This document shows, one piece after another, positions 8,548-18,074 of a stretch of 30,230 nucleotides of DNA (position 1 is its first letter; every line of letters starts with the position of its first letter). Below the pieces are notes generated by a model. That model was not told where the DNA came from. It ran no database searches and saw only the letters and a list, made by a program, of their open reading frames with translations. Source of the stretch: an archaeon (GTDB taxonomy: Archaea > Iainarchaeota > Iainarchaeia > Iainarchaeales > JAAZKV01); assembly GCA_036170245.1 (NCBI GenBank), contig JAVHOV010000035.1, positions 1 to 30,230 of the forward strand. The letters run 5' to 3'. The position numbers and the translations under genes are program-made.

Positions 8548-9642
8548 TTAAATTGATATTTCAACTATGTCATTATTCTTCAAAACGTATTCAGGACCAA
8601 CCATCTGCCCAGGGAATTTTGTTGAACCCCAAACCTTAGCATGCTTCAAATTCTTTGCCAAATCTTTATGCAGTTCTTTTGCAAGATCCGCAACAGTTCC
8701 ATTAGAGTCAAGAGAAATCGGTTCGCTTTTGTCAGCATCCTGACCAGGCTTCTTTGTAAAAACCAATATTTTATCCAAAATCAAAAAGATTCTGTCTTTC
8801 ACATCAACCAAAATGTGGTCAGTAACTAAAAGTGGATTTACAAACGCAGCTTTCTTATAAACAATTTTTGTATCCATTGCTTCAAGAACTTCAGCAATTG
8901 AAGAAATCTTTCCTGAAATAATTACCTGTGCATTTGAAAATCCAGAATTTTTCAAATACTGTTCTAATTGGTCTACAGGAAAACCCAAAAAATCTTTTCC
9001 TGAGATTTGAATCCCTGGAAAACTAGAAGCTTTAACTTCAATAGGAGGACGAACTTTATTCAAATAAATAAAACTTTTTGCAAGTTCACTTGCAACCAAA
9101 TCTTTATCAGGAACTGAATTAGCACAAACCAAAACTGCATCAGCATTTCTAATAGCCCCCATTATTTCTTTCCCCTGGGCTTTTCCTTCACTTGAACCTT
9201 CCATCAAAGCAGGTAATTCAACTAATTGAATCTGCCCACCATTATAATCCATCATCGCAGGAGCAGGTTCTTTTGTTGCAAAAGGATAAGGAGTTACAGG
9301 AGTAACTTCTTTTCCAACAAGTTTATTTAATAACCAAGATTTTCCTGAATTAGGAAGACCAATTAAAACAACCTGACCTACACCTTCCTTTTTCACAAAC
9401 ATTGCACTTGCAGCACCACCACCGCCAGCACCGCTTTTTGCAGAAACATTTTTTGATTTTTCAATTTGAGAACGAAGCTCAGAGATTTTTTTCATTAAGT
9501 CAGAACGAAGATTCTCTGCACCCTTGTGAGTTGGCATCCATGATTTCATTTCAAGGTATGCTGCCAATTTTTCTTCAGGAGTTTTAGCAGCTTCAAGCTT
9601 CTTTAACGCTAAAGCATATTCAACTGAAATATTTGAAACCAT
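8548..9642 (-). CDS. OBG/DRG-family GTPase-like protein with C-terminal TGS domain
   Basis: N-terminal PTHKGAENLR, G1 GLPNSGKS, YPFAT, RNADAVL, TGS motif KVWGSTKFPGQMVGPEYVLKNNDIVEI. Confidence 0.88.
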   Translation of the reverse strand: MVSNISVEYALALKKLEAAKTPEEKLAAYLEMKSWMPTHKGAENLRSDLMKKISELRSQIEKSKNVSAKSGAGGGGAASAMFVKKEGVGQVVLIGLPNSGKSWLLNKLVGKEVTPVTPYPFATKEPAPAMMDYNGGQIQLVELPALMEGSSEGKAQGKEIMGAIRNADAVLVCANSVPDKDLVASELAKSFIYLNKVRPPIEVKASSFPGIQISGKDFLGFPVDQLEQYLKNSGFSNAQVIISGKISSIAEVLEAMDTKIVYKKAAFVNPLLVTDHILVDVKDRIFLILDKILVFTKKPGQDADKSEPISLDSNGTVADLAKELHKDLAKNLKHAKVWGSTKFPGQMVGPEYVLKNNDIVEISI

Positions 9643-9684
9643 AAATAAGATAGCGAAGAAAGGTTAAAATACCTTAAAGAGAGG

Positions 9685-10242
9685 CTAAATCCTAACACAC
9701 CTTAGCACCAAAAGTTCTTCAAAAAATAATTTTTTTCTTCCAACAACTTTAATTGAAAAACCATTTTCTTTGAGCAATTTTTTTACAGAACTTGGTTTAT
9801 TCAAAGAAGTAATTAATAAAAGCAAAACTCCTTTTTTATTCAAATGCTTTTTTGCTTGAGGAACAAAAACATTAATTACTTCCCTTCCATTTTTTCCACC
9901 ATCAAGATCCACCCACTTAATTGAATCAGAGGGAACATAAGGAGGGTTAAATGCAATAAAATCAAATTTTTCTTTTACATTTGAAAACAAATTACTTTTT
10001 TTCGTCTTGAATGACCCCAATATTCGTCCAGGAAATGAAGTTTTAATTCTTTTCTTTGTTTCTTTAACTGCATCAGGATTGATATCAACAGCCAAAACAT
10101 TTTTTGCACCAGAAAGAAGCATTGCTTCGCTTTCAACCCCACTTCCGCAACCCATATCAAGACAAGTCTTGTTAGTAAGTTTCTCTTTTTTTATGCAATC
10201 AACAAGAAGAAATGAATCATCACTAGGAGAATAAACTTCCAT
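9685..10242 (-). CDS. HemK2/aPrmC-family SAM-dependent N5-glutamine methyltransferase
   Basis: VYSPSDDSFLL, LDMGCGSG, FNPPY, DGGKNGREVI, FFEEL. Confidence 0.88.
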   Translation of the reverse strand: MEVYSPSDDSFLLVDCIKKEKLTNKTCLDMGCGSGVESEAMLLSGAKNVLAVDINPDAVKETKKRIKTSFPGRILGSFKTKKSNLFSNVKEKFDFIAFNPPYVPSDSIKWVDLDGGKNGREVINVFVPQAKKHLNKKGVLLLLITSLNKPSSVKKLLKENGFSIKVVGRKKLFFEELLVLRCVRI

Positions 10243-10294
10243 TCTAAAAAAACCTCAAAAGAAATTATTAATTATTTTTAATTAAAACAAACTA

Positions 10295-10930
10295 TTAAGA
10301 TGCATTTGCTCTTGACCAAATATCATCAAAGTTCTGCTTGAATTTCTCTGCAAGAGTGCTACTTTCAATGAACACCAAATTTTCTTCATTTTTTGTATCA
10401 GCATTGCCCGAATAATTAAATGAGCCAGTTGCAACAATATTCATGTCAATTATAGTAAACTTATTGTGCATATACCCTGAACCATTCCTATATGCAATAC
10501 TAACTCCTTCATTACTCAATCTTTCATCATCACTTGCATCATTCTTACTCTGGTCAGAATCATAAATAACCTTAACCTCAAGCCCTCTTTTCTTTGCTCG
10601 AATTACTGCATCACTAATATCATCAAGAGTAAATGAATAAATTGCAATATATATTGAAGACTTCGCAGAATCAATTTTCTTAACTAATTTATCAGCACAA
10701 GCATCAGCTGGACAAAAATATGCTTCAACCATAGTTGCTTTCTCTTCAACTAGTGGAGCACCATAATAACTTGGAGCATTGCCATCAGCATTAGAAACAA
10801 ACATCCCATCAAAAGGATTAGTAGCATTATTCTCCTGTCTTACAGAAAAAATAAATGCACCTGCAATAAGAACCACAATTATCAAGAAAATCAGCCCAGT
10901 ACTATTTGATTTGCTATCATCAAAACCCAT
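10295..10930 (-). CDS. Membrane-anchored phospholipase D-family (Nuc-like) protein
   Basis: Single HKD motif HNKFTIID...GSFNYS..A...NEEN; N-terminal TM helix; ATG at 10930 preferred over the ORF-track start at 10978. Confidence 0.87.
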   Translation of the reverse strand: MGFDDSKSNSTGLIFLIIVVLIAGAFIFSVRQENNATNPFDGMFVSNADGNAPSYYGAPLVEEKATMVEAYFCPADACADKLVKKIDSAKSSIYIAIYSFTLDDISDAVIRAKKRGLEVKVIYDSDQSKNDASDDERLSNEGVSIAYRNGSGYMHNKFTIIDMNIVATGSFNYSGNADTKNEENLVFIESSTLAEKFKQNFDDIWSRANAS

Positions 10931-10992
10931 TATTATCAACAAATAGTTAATAGCTAAGGAGCTTTTATTCCTTTCCAAGTAAAACTTTTTTC

Positions 10993-11739
10993 ATGATACA
11001 AGACGCACACGCACACTTGGACTTAATGGAGGAAAAAGAAGTACAAGAATTAATTGATAAAGCAAAAGAAATAAACCTAAACACAATAATAAGCTGTTCA
11101 ACCTCATTTAGTTCAAACCAAAAAAACCTAAACCTTGCCCAAAAATTTAATATAATAAGACCTGCAATTGGACTTTACCCACTTAATGCAATTGAACTTA
11201 ATGAAGAAGAAATCAAAAGAGCATTTACTTTTTTTGAAAATGAAATAAAAAATTCAATCGCAATAGGCGAAGTTGGGCTCGACTTTAAATTTTCTGTTAA
11301 GGATAGCGAACAGGAAAAACAAAAACAGATTTTTAAAAACTTTATTGAATTATCAAAGAAACACAACAAACCTCTAATAATCCATTCAAGATTTGCCCAA
11401 AGACAAGTGCTTGAAATGTTAGATGGAAACAAAGCCCAAAAAGTTCAGCTTCACTCATTTACTGATTCAGAAAAATTAATGAAAAAAGCAGTAAGTTTGG
11501 GTTATTACGTTTCATGCGGGATGAATGTTTTGTACAATGAACAAGTACAAAAAAATATTGCTTCTTTTCCACTTGAACATTTGCTTCTTGAAACTGATTC
11601 GCCAATGATATTTGACAATAAAAAAGCAACTCCCTTGGATGTTAAATCAATATTGCAGAAAATAAGTGAATTAAAAAAAATTCCATTAAATGAAACAGAA
11701 AAACAACTAAACAAAAATTTCCATTCTCTTTACTATTAA
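10993..11739 (+). CDS. tatD: TatD-family metal-dependent DNase/hydrolase
   Basis: DAHAHL, AIGEVGLD, PLIIHSR, LHSF, LLETDSP. Confidence 0.92.
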   Translation: MIQDAHAHLDLMEEKEVQELIDKAKEINLNTIISCSTSFSSNQKNLNLAQKFNIIRPAIGLYPLNAIELNEEEIKRAFTFFENEIKNSIAIGEVGLDFKFSVKDSEQEKQKQIFKNFIELSKKHNKPLIIHSRFAQRQVLEMLDGNKAQKVQLHSFTDSEKLMKKAVSLGYYVSCGMNVLYNEQVQKNIASFPLEHLLLETDSPMIFDNKKATPLDVKSILQKISELKKIPLNETEKQLNKNFHSLYY

Positions 11740-11811
11740 AAATTAATAAAACCCTTTTTTTATAATTTACTCTCAAAAATTAATAAAAACATACACATTT
11801 TTAAGCATCCT

Positions 11812-12129
11812 ATGCAGAGTGTATTTAGTGAGACAATGATTATTATTTTTCTGTTTGTTTTGGTAGTTGCACTAATAATAGCAAATATGCTCATTACTGC
11901 AGCATACCCTAAAAGAAGCGAAAAAGGATTTGTAGAACCATTTGAAGATAGCGAAGCAATTCACCCAGAAGTAATAGAAAACATAAATGATATTAAAGAA
12001 AACAATATGATGATCCAAGGCTCCCTTCAAGCAACAAATAAAAAAGTTGAAATGCTAAACGAAAGACTTGCAACACTTGAAAAAGTTGTAATCCCAATGG
12101 TTGAAAAGAAAATTGACAATAAGAATTAA
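11812..12129 (+). CDS. Small membrane-anchored coiled-coil protein
   Basis: N-terminal TM helix and C-terminal heptad pattern. Confidence 0.7.
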   Translation: MQSVFSETMIIIFLFVLVVALIIANMLITAAYPKRSEKGFVEPFEDSEAIHPEVIENINDIKENNMMIQGSLQATNKKVEMLNERLATLEKVVIPMVEKKIDNKN

Positions 12130-12136
12130 ACTAATT

Positions 12137-12706
12137 CTAAACTAATATTCCCCATATCACAAAAAACGTAATCATTGAAGTATTTACTAAAAAACTTAAT
12201 AAAATAAATTCAATTGCATTTAATTTTGAAACAATTGAAATCAATTTCTCACCTATTGAATCAGGTAAGGGTGCTGCAATAATCCAACCGGCAAGTGCAA
12301 AAAAAGCATAAGTAATTATTTTTCGCCCAACCCAATTGTCTGAAAAGAAACCTTTCAGTTTTAGGAGTTGCATTTCTTTTGAAGAGCTTTTTTTTGAAAA
12401 CAACTTTTTTAATAAATAAAAAATAATTGAATCACACAGAACTGCACCAAGCCCAGCCAAAAGAACTGAGGTTATAATATTGTCAATTTTTGTGTTAATA
12501 AAAAAAGTTGCTGCAAATGGAGTCAATACCCCTAATGGAGTAAGAAAACCAACTATGAAAAAGGACAAGTAATTAGTTCCACCAGTGTTTTGAATAAATT
12601 CAATGACAAAAGGAATATATGAAATTATAATTGAAATTATAATCAATAAAATAAGAACTGGCAAAACAGGATACTTTAATCTCAAAATCAAGTTCTTTAT
12701 GTTCAT
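12137..12706 (-). CDS. Multi-pass membrane protein (possibly DedA/VTT-like)
   Basis: About five hydrophobic segments; LAGLGAVLCDSIIFY and APLPD motifs. Confidence 0.7.
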   Translation of the reverse strand: MNIKNLILRLKYPVLPVLILLIIISIIISYIPFVIEFIQNTGGTNYLSFFIVGFLTPLGVLTPFAATFFINTKIDNIITSVLLAGLGAVLCDSIIFYLLKKLFSKKSSSKEMQLLKLKGFFSDNWVGRKIITYAFFALAGWIIAAPLPDSIGEKLISIVSKLNAIEFILLSFLVNTSMITFFVIWGILV

Positions 12707-12812
12707 AATACTAAAACGAAAAAGGAGTATATAATCATTTACTCGGGGGGTGTCAAAAATGTTACACTATCCTCAAATCAACCTTTATAAATAAAAAAAA
12801 TACTATATAGTA

Positions 12813-13829
12813 ATGCAAAAAGAGGGTAAAGACTCGACAATTATTACTATATCAAACTTAACAAAATCATTCAAATCAAGAATTCCTGCTGATGGACTAA
12901 AAAATAAAGTGAAATCTTTTTTCCTTCCAAAATACAAAAAAGTTAATGCAGTTGACAACATATCATTCTCAATAAAAAAGGGAGAACTAGTTGGATTTAT
13001 TGGACCAAACGGAGCAGGAAAATCTACAACCCTAAAAATGCTTTCAGGAATACTTTTCCCAGATTCTGGAGAAATAAATGTATGCGGACTATCCCCCCAA
13101 AATAACAGGAAAAAACTAGCATACAAAATCGGGACAATATTTGGGCAAAAGCCACAATTGTGGTTTCACTTACCAGCAATAGATACATTTGAACTGTTTT
13201 CAAAAATATATGAACTTGACAAAAATGAATACAAAAAAAGAGTTGATTATTTAATAAAAAAATTTGAAATCACAGACATTATCCATCAACCAGTAAGAAA
13301 ACTTTCCCTAGGGCAAAGAATGAGATGCGAATTTGTTTTAGCACTCTTACACAAACCAGACGTGCTATTCCTTGATGAACCAACAATTGGTCTAGATATT
13401 ACAATCAAAAAAACAATTAGAGAACTAATAAAAAAAATAAACAGAGAAGAAGGAGTTACTGTAATACTTACAAGCCATGATATGGATGATGTTGAAACAA
13501 TCTGCAACAGAGTTATTGTAATTAATCATGGAGAAATAATTTATGATGACACTCTTGATAAAATAAAAGAGAAGTACATTGATAAAAAAATAATTCGAAT
13601 TGAAACAGATGATCCAATAATATTCAAAGAAAGGGCAGGAATTAAGGTTCTAAAAAGAAGTGCATATGAAGTTGAAGCTGTTGTTGATATCACTAAAGTC
13701 AATTTCAACAAAATTACTGAAGAATTCCTCAAGAAAAACAAGTTGAGTGATGTCACTATTGAAGAACCCCCAATTGAAGATATCATTGAAAAAATCTACA
13801 AACTAAAAAAGAAAGGAAATTCATTTTGA
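12813..13829 (+). CDS. ABC transporter ATP-binding protein
   Basis: Walker A GPNGAGKST, signature LSLGQRMR, Walker B LFLDEPT, H-loop SHD; TTTATAAATA at 12784-12793. Confidence 0.95.
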   Translation: MQKEGKDSTIITISNLTKSFKSRIPADGLKNKVKSFFLPKYKKVNAVDNISFSIKKGELVGFIGPNGAGKSTTLKMLSGILFPDSGEINVCGLSPQNNRKKLAYKIGTIFGQKPQLWFHLPAIDTFELFSKIYELDKNEYKKRVDYLIKKFEITDIIHQPVRKLSLGQRMRCEFVLALLHKPDVLFLDEPTIGLDITIKKTIRELIKKINREEGVTVILTSHDMDDVETICNRVIVINHGEIIYDDTLDKIKEKYIDKKIIRIETDDPIIFKERAGIKVLKRSAYEVEAVVDITKVNFNKITEEFLKKNKLSDVTIEEPPIEDIIEKIYKLKKKGNSF

Positions 13830-13845
13830 AGAAGGGATTCACTTA

Positions 13846-14640
13846 ATGGAATTGCTCAAATATTATTATATCTCAAAAATAAACTTCAAAAACAGCTTTG
13901 TTTATATTGCAGATTCCTTTGCATCAAGCCTGTTCATTGCATTTATTGTATTTATTTTTGCAAATATCTGGAGAGTAATATTTAATGCAACAGGAAGTGA
14001 ACTTGTAAATGGTTTTACTTTACCGATGATGATTTGGTATTTAGTAATGACTGAATCAATAATTACGTCCCAAGGAAAAATAACTATTCAAATAGGACAG
14101 GAAATGATTAAAGGAGATATTGCAAATTATTTAAACAAACCATACAATTATTTGATTTACAAATATGCATCAACTATAGGTGCATCAACAGCAAGTTTTT
14201 TTATCACAATGTTCTGCGCAGGAATTGTTGCAATGATAATGGTAGGGCCAATTGATTTTGACTTTACAATAACTCCTTTCATAATAATTACTGCATTTTT
14301 AGGAATAACACTTCACTTCACAATGATGTCAACATTAGGAATACTTTCCCTCTGGCTTGAAGATGCACGCGCACTTGATTTTCTATACCAAAAAATATTA
14401 TTTGTAGCAGGAGGAATGCTTGCCCCTCTTGACATATTTCCTATATGGTACTCAAGCATCTGCATACTCCTTCCATTCAGTTATGCAGCTTACTACCCAG
14501 CAGTACTCTTTGTACGTTTCTCTATGGACCAATTCATCCAGATAGTAATCTTACAAATATTTTGGATACTTATAACATGCATCATTGCACTAGGATTATT
14601 CAATATTCTTTCAAAGAGGGTGAGCATAAATGGGGGCTAA
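13846..14640 (+). CDS. ABC-2 family transporter permease
   Basis: About six TM helices; GDIANYLNKP and GGMLAPLDIFP; in an operon with the ATPase. Confidence 0.87.
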   Translation: MELLKYYYISKINFKNSFVYIADSFASSLFIAFIVFIFANIWRVIFNATGSELVNGFTLPMMIWYLVMTESIITSQGKITIQIGQEMIKGDIANYLNKPYNYLIYKYASTIGASTASFFITMFCAGIVAMIMVGPIDFDFTITPFIIITAFLGITLHFTMMSTLGILSLWLEDARALDFLYQKILFVAGGMLAPLDIFPIWYSSICILLPFSYAAYYPAVLFVRFSMDQFIQIVILQIFWILITCIIALGLFNILSKRVSINGG

Positions 14641-15433
14641 CATTCTTTTGGAAATTAAATCAAATTTTTCAATGATAAAACAATACTGGATAATAAATGC
14701 AAAAACTGCCTTTGAATACAAGGGTTCATTTATTTTACAGACAGTTACAATGTTTTTGAATGATTTACTTTGGATTGCTTTTTGGTGGCTTTTCTTTGGA
14801 AGATTTCCTTTAATCAATGATTGGACATACAATGACATACTTTTGCTTTGGGCATTTGGTTCAATAGGATTTGGATTAAGCGGAGTATTTTTTGGAAACA
14901 AAATGAATATTTCAGAAATTATTGCAGAAGGAAAAATGGATTACTATTTAACACTGCCAAAAAATGTTTTACTCCACACTTTGATTTCAAAAGTAAATTG
15001 GTTTGCATGTGGAGATATATTATTTGGAATTATAATGAGCGTACTAATAATAAAGCCAGAGCAAATACCCCTTGCAATATTTTTAATGACGCTTTCAACT
15101 ATATTATTTACAGTATTTGGAATACTTACAGGGTCTCTTGCATTTTATATTGGAAACTCCCAAAGAATTAGTAAAACAATGTATGATTCAATTGTTGGGC
15201 TTTCAATTTATCCTACAAATGTTTATGACGGAATTGCCAAATTCATTTTATTTACAATAATCCCTGCAGGATTAGTTACTGGAGTTCCTGTTGAACTAAT
15301 AAAACATTTTGATATGGGTCAATTTCTTTTGATGATAACAATAACAATAATTTTTGTAATACTTGCAATACTATTCTTTTATGCAGGACTGAAAAAGTAC
15401 GAATCAGGAAATCAACTTTATGTCAATGTATAA
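14630..15433 (+). CDS. ABC-2 family transporter permease (second subunit)
   Basis: About six TM helices; GKMDYYLTLP, YP..VY, GLKKYESGN; overlaps the upstream permease. Confidence 0.87.
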   Translation: MGANILLEIKSNFSMIKQYWIINAKTAFEYKGSFILQTVTMFLNDLLWIAFWWLFFGRFPLINDWTYNDILLLWAFGSIGFGLSGVFFGNKMNISEIIAEGKMDYYLTLPKNVLLHTLISKVNWFACGDILFGIIMSVLIIKPEQIPLAIFLMTLSTILFTVFGILTGSLAFYIGNSQRISKTMYDSIVGLSIYPTNVYDGIAKFILFTIIPAGLVTGVPVELIKHFDMGQFLLMITITIIFVILAILFFYAGLKKYESGNQLYVNV

Positions 15434-15434
15434 A

Positions 15435-16025
15435 TTATGCACTTGGTTTTTTTCTTGCTGTAATAACATATGGCTGCCAATCAGGAGCATGCCTTGCATC
15501 AACAATCATTCTGTCAGCAATTAAAGACAAGAACTCAGTTCTGTGCATTTGATTTTGAGGAACAGGTTTTTTTGTGCAAACAAATCCATTCTGATTCAAA
15601 AAAGAAATTGTTTTCTCCAAATCCACCCCATATTCTAAAACAAAAAATCTCCCATTCTTTGGAAGAACTCTTGATACTTCTTTTAGAGTAGCCTCTTTTC
15701 TTTTTTTATATTTTTCAGATAACTCTTTTCTCAAAGAAGCATGGTCACTAATCTCTTTTCCATTAACTTTGAATTCAGAGAAAAAGAAATCCGCAGTAAT
15801 AATATTAACTGACTCATTAGGCAATCTCTTTAATTTGCTCAAAGCATCCCCGTAAGTGAGTTTTAAATTATGAAACCTTGTTTGGAGTTTCTGCTTTTTT
15901 TCCCACTCAACACCCAAAAACTTCTTCTTTACGTGCTGCTTCTTTTTTGCAAGCTCACGCAGTTTCTTTGCATCCTCAAATCCTAAGTCAAGAACAGAAA
16001 CTCTCCTTCTAACTAAATTAGGCAT
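15435..16025 (-). CDS. Divergent class I SAM-dependent methyltransferase-like protein
   Basis: VLDLG (degenerate motif I), GDA...LPNESVNII, LKEVSRVLPKNGRFFVLE, terminal VITARK. Confidence 0.7.
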   Translation of the reverse strand: MPNLVRRRVSVLDLGFEDAKKLRELAKKKQHVKKKFLGVEWEKKQKLQTRFHNLKLTYGDALSKLKRLPNESVNIITADFFFSEFKVNGKEISDHASLRKELSEKYKKRKEATLKEVSRVLPKNGRFFVLEYGVDLEKTISFLNQNGFVCTKKPVPQNQMHRTEFLSLIADRMIVDARHAPDWQPYVITARKKPSA

Positions 16026-16066
16026 ACAAATAACTTACATTATATTGAATATATAACTTTTACTTT

Positions 16067-16084
16067 TACTCCGGCAAATTAGTT
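16067..16084 (+). repeat. 18-bp direct repeat, left copy
   Basis: TACTCCGGCAAATTAGTT, identical to 16579-16596. Confidence 0.92.
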
Positions 16085-16157
16085 ACAAAAGATTATTATG
16101 TTTTGTTGAAAGGCTATCTTTTATATGACTTTGTTGGCAAATACTATTTGGGGAAAC

Positions 16158-16397
16158 ATGGCTACATTCACAGCAGTATTAATGAAAGAAGAAGATATGT
16201 ACATTGCGAAGTGCCCTGAAGTAGGGACAGTTAGTCAAGGAAGCACAATAGAAGAAGCAATTTCAAACCTTAAAGAAGCCACCCAATTGTATTTAGAAGA
16301 GTTTCCTGCAAAAGAACCTACAAAGCCAATAATCACTACTTTTGAGGTGAAGGTTCTTGGCGACATTAAAAAAAATCTCAGGAAAAGTCTGTGTTAA
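16158..16397 (+). CDS. hicB: HicB-family antitoxin (short form)
   Basis: YIAKCPEVGTVSQGSTIEEAISNLKEATQLYLE; ATG at 16158 preferred over 16125. Confidence 0.88.
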   Translation: MATFTAVLMKEEDMYIAKCPEVGTVSQGSTIEEAISNLKEATQLYLEEFPAKEPTKPIITTFEVKVLGDIKKNLRKSLC

Positions 16398-16575
16398 GAT
16401 TCTCTGCAATAAATTTGATTTTCAAATAGCAAGACAGACAGGAAGCCACATTGTTTTAAAAAAGAACAATATTGGAACTGTAGTACCAAATCATAAGGAA
16501 CTAAAAATTGGAACTCTCAAAGGAATATTAGAACTTGCAAAAGTAAGTGAAGAAGAATTCAGTGAACAGCTCTAA
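16357..16575 (+). CDS. hicA: HicA-family mRNA interferase toxin
   Basis: RQTGSHIVL...VVPNHKELKIGTLKGIL; TTG start with Shine-Dalgarno GAGGTGA at 16344-16350. Confidence 0.9.
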   Translation: MATLKKISGKVCVKILCNKFDFQIARQTGSHIVLKKNNIGTVVPNHKELKIGTLKGILELAKVSEEEFSEQL

Positions 16576-16578
16576 ATC

Positions 16579-16596
16579 TACTCCGGCAAATTAGTT
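16579..16596 (+). repeat. 18-bp direct repeat, right copy
   Basis: TACTCCGGCAAATTAGTT, identical to 16067-16084. Confidence 0.92.
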
Positions 16597-16634
16597 CCTT
16601 TGTTCTTTATAAAGAAACAAAAAAGCAAGTATGT

Positions 16635-17978
16635 ATGATTTTAGAGAAACTTCAAAAACTTGGAATGGCTGCCTCCTACGATTCCTGCGGTGGAGCAAAA
16701 GAAAAATCCTTTCGCGAATATGGAATTCCTTTTGAATACCAAAATTTTATTTATAATTGCACAAACTCAAGCGAAAATGTTTTTGTGAAAAAGATGATTC
16801 AAAATGGAAGGGGAACTAATTCAAACAAAAAACTTTATGAAAAAGAAGAGGTTAGTGCGAGTGTTAAAAAAGAAGCTTGGAAAAAAATGTCAAAAGTTTT
16901 ACCCACTTCAAAACAGGAATCCCTAAACAAACCAAACAAATGCTTGCTCACTAAAGTACTTCAAACTAATTCCTGCATGCATGATTGCAGCTATTGCATC
17001 AACACTACTTGCAAAGAAAAAGTTTCAATCACCCCAAACGAACTGGCTACTTCATTTGAATATTTATGGAAGAAAGGATACACTACAGGATTATTTCTTA
17101 GTTCTGCAGTGAAAAAAGATTCTGTCACAAGTACAGAAGAAATGATTTGTACTACAAAAATATTACGAGAACGAGGGTACAATGGTTACATCCACCTAAA
17201 AGTTTTGCCTGACGCTCCTGAGTACTTAGTAAAAGAAGCTGCACTTTATGCAAATAGAATGTCCATCAATATTGAGTCAGCAACCATCCAAGGCTTTAGC
17301 GAATTAACAAGCACAAAAGATTACAAAGAAGGAGTGTTAAGGAGAATCAGTGCGCTTGATAATTTAAAAAGAAAAGTAATGCGAGAAGAAAATCACAACT
17401 CAGGATGGTTTTGCGATTCAAGTGAAGTTGAGAACGGAAGAGACCTGCGTTTTCGTTCATTCACCACACAATTAATTGTAGGGGCAAACAGTGAAACTGA
17501 TGAAGATGTATTAAACAGAGTAAATTCACTCTATGAAGAAACAGAGCTTTACAGAACTTATTTTTCCGCATTCTCTCCGGTTGACGGAACAAAGTTAATG
17601 GATAAAAAACCTGAAAACAAAATGAGGGAGCACCGTTTGTACGAAGTAGATTGGCTACTTAGAATTTACGGATTTGACAAAAGATTAATTTCACAAGGAT
17701 TAAATGATGAAAAGAATTTTTCCCTTTCAACTGATGTAAAACAATCAATTGCAATAGCACGAAAAGATTTGTTCCCGCTTGACCCAAACACTGCCTCTTA
17801 CAATGAACTCTTACTTGTACCAGGATTTGGCCCAAAAACAGCAGAAACTATAATTCAAGCAAGAGAAAAGAAAAAAATCAATGAATTTGAAGATCTTGCA
17901 AAAATAGGAGTAAGAGTAAATAAAGCAAAAAGTTTTTTGAATATTGAAGGAAAACAATTGAACTTATTAGGTTTTTAA
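16635..17978 (+). CDS. Putative DNA modification/repair radical SAM protein with C-terminal helix-hairpin-helix (TIGR03916-like)
   Basis: AASYDSC, CMHDCSYC (CxxxCxxC), GLFLSSAV, GYIHLK, TQLIVGA, REHRLYEVDWLLRIYGF, DPNTASYNELLLVPGFGPKTA. Confidence 0.88.
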   Translation: MILEKLQKLGMAASYDSCGGAKEKSFREYGIPFEYQNFIYNCTNSSENVFVKKMIQNGRGTNSNKKLYEKEEVSASVKKEAWKKMSKVLPTSKQESLNKPNKCLLTKVLQTNSCMHDCSYCINTTCKEKVSITPNELATSFEYLWKKGYTTGLFLSSAVKKDSVTSTEEMICTTKILRERGYNGYIHLKVLPDAPEYLVKEAALYANRMSINIESATIQGFSELTSTKDYKEGVLRRISALDNLKRKVMREENHNSGWFCDSSEVENGRDLRFRSFTTQLIVGANSETDEDVLNRVNSLYEETELYRTYFSAFSPVDGTKLMDKKPENKMREHRLYEVDWLLRIYGFDKRLISQGLNDEKNFSLSTDVKQSIAIARKDLFPLDPNTASYNELLLVPGFGPKTAETIIQAREKKKINEFEDLAKIGVRVNKAKSFLNIEGKQLNLLGF

Positions 17979-18018
17979 AAAATAAAAAGAATTTAAAAAA
18001 ATAAAAAAAAGCATTTAA

Positions 18019-18069
18019 GTAAAAAGCCAAAAGGCTTTTTACAACTTGCAAACAATAATTTGTTTGCAA
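18019..18069. repeat. Double-hairpin element copy 2, between convergent genes
   Basis: GTAAAAAGCC-aaaa-GGCTTTTTAC (18019-18042) and TTGCAAACAA-taat-TTGTTTGCAA (18046-18069), both perfect 10-bp stems. Confidence 0.8.
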
Positions 18070-18074
18070 CAGCT

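Noticed and set aside
9410..9435. GC-rich stretch in the GTPase gene as another inserted element
   Set aside because: Encodes a Gly/Ala linker (SGAGGGGAAS) and has no hairpin structure
12745..12767. GGGGGGTGTCAAAAATGTTACAC as an IS end or operator upstream of the ABC operon
   Set aside because: Only 6 of 9 palindromic pairs, no second copy seen and no transposase in the window
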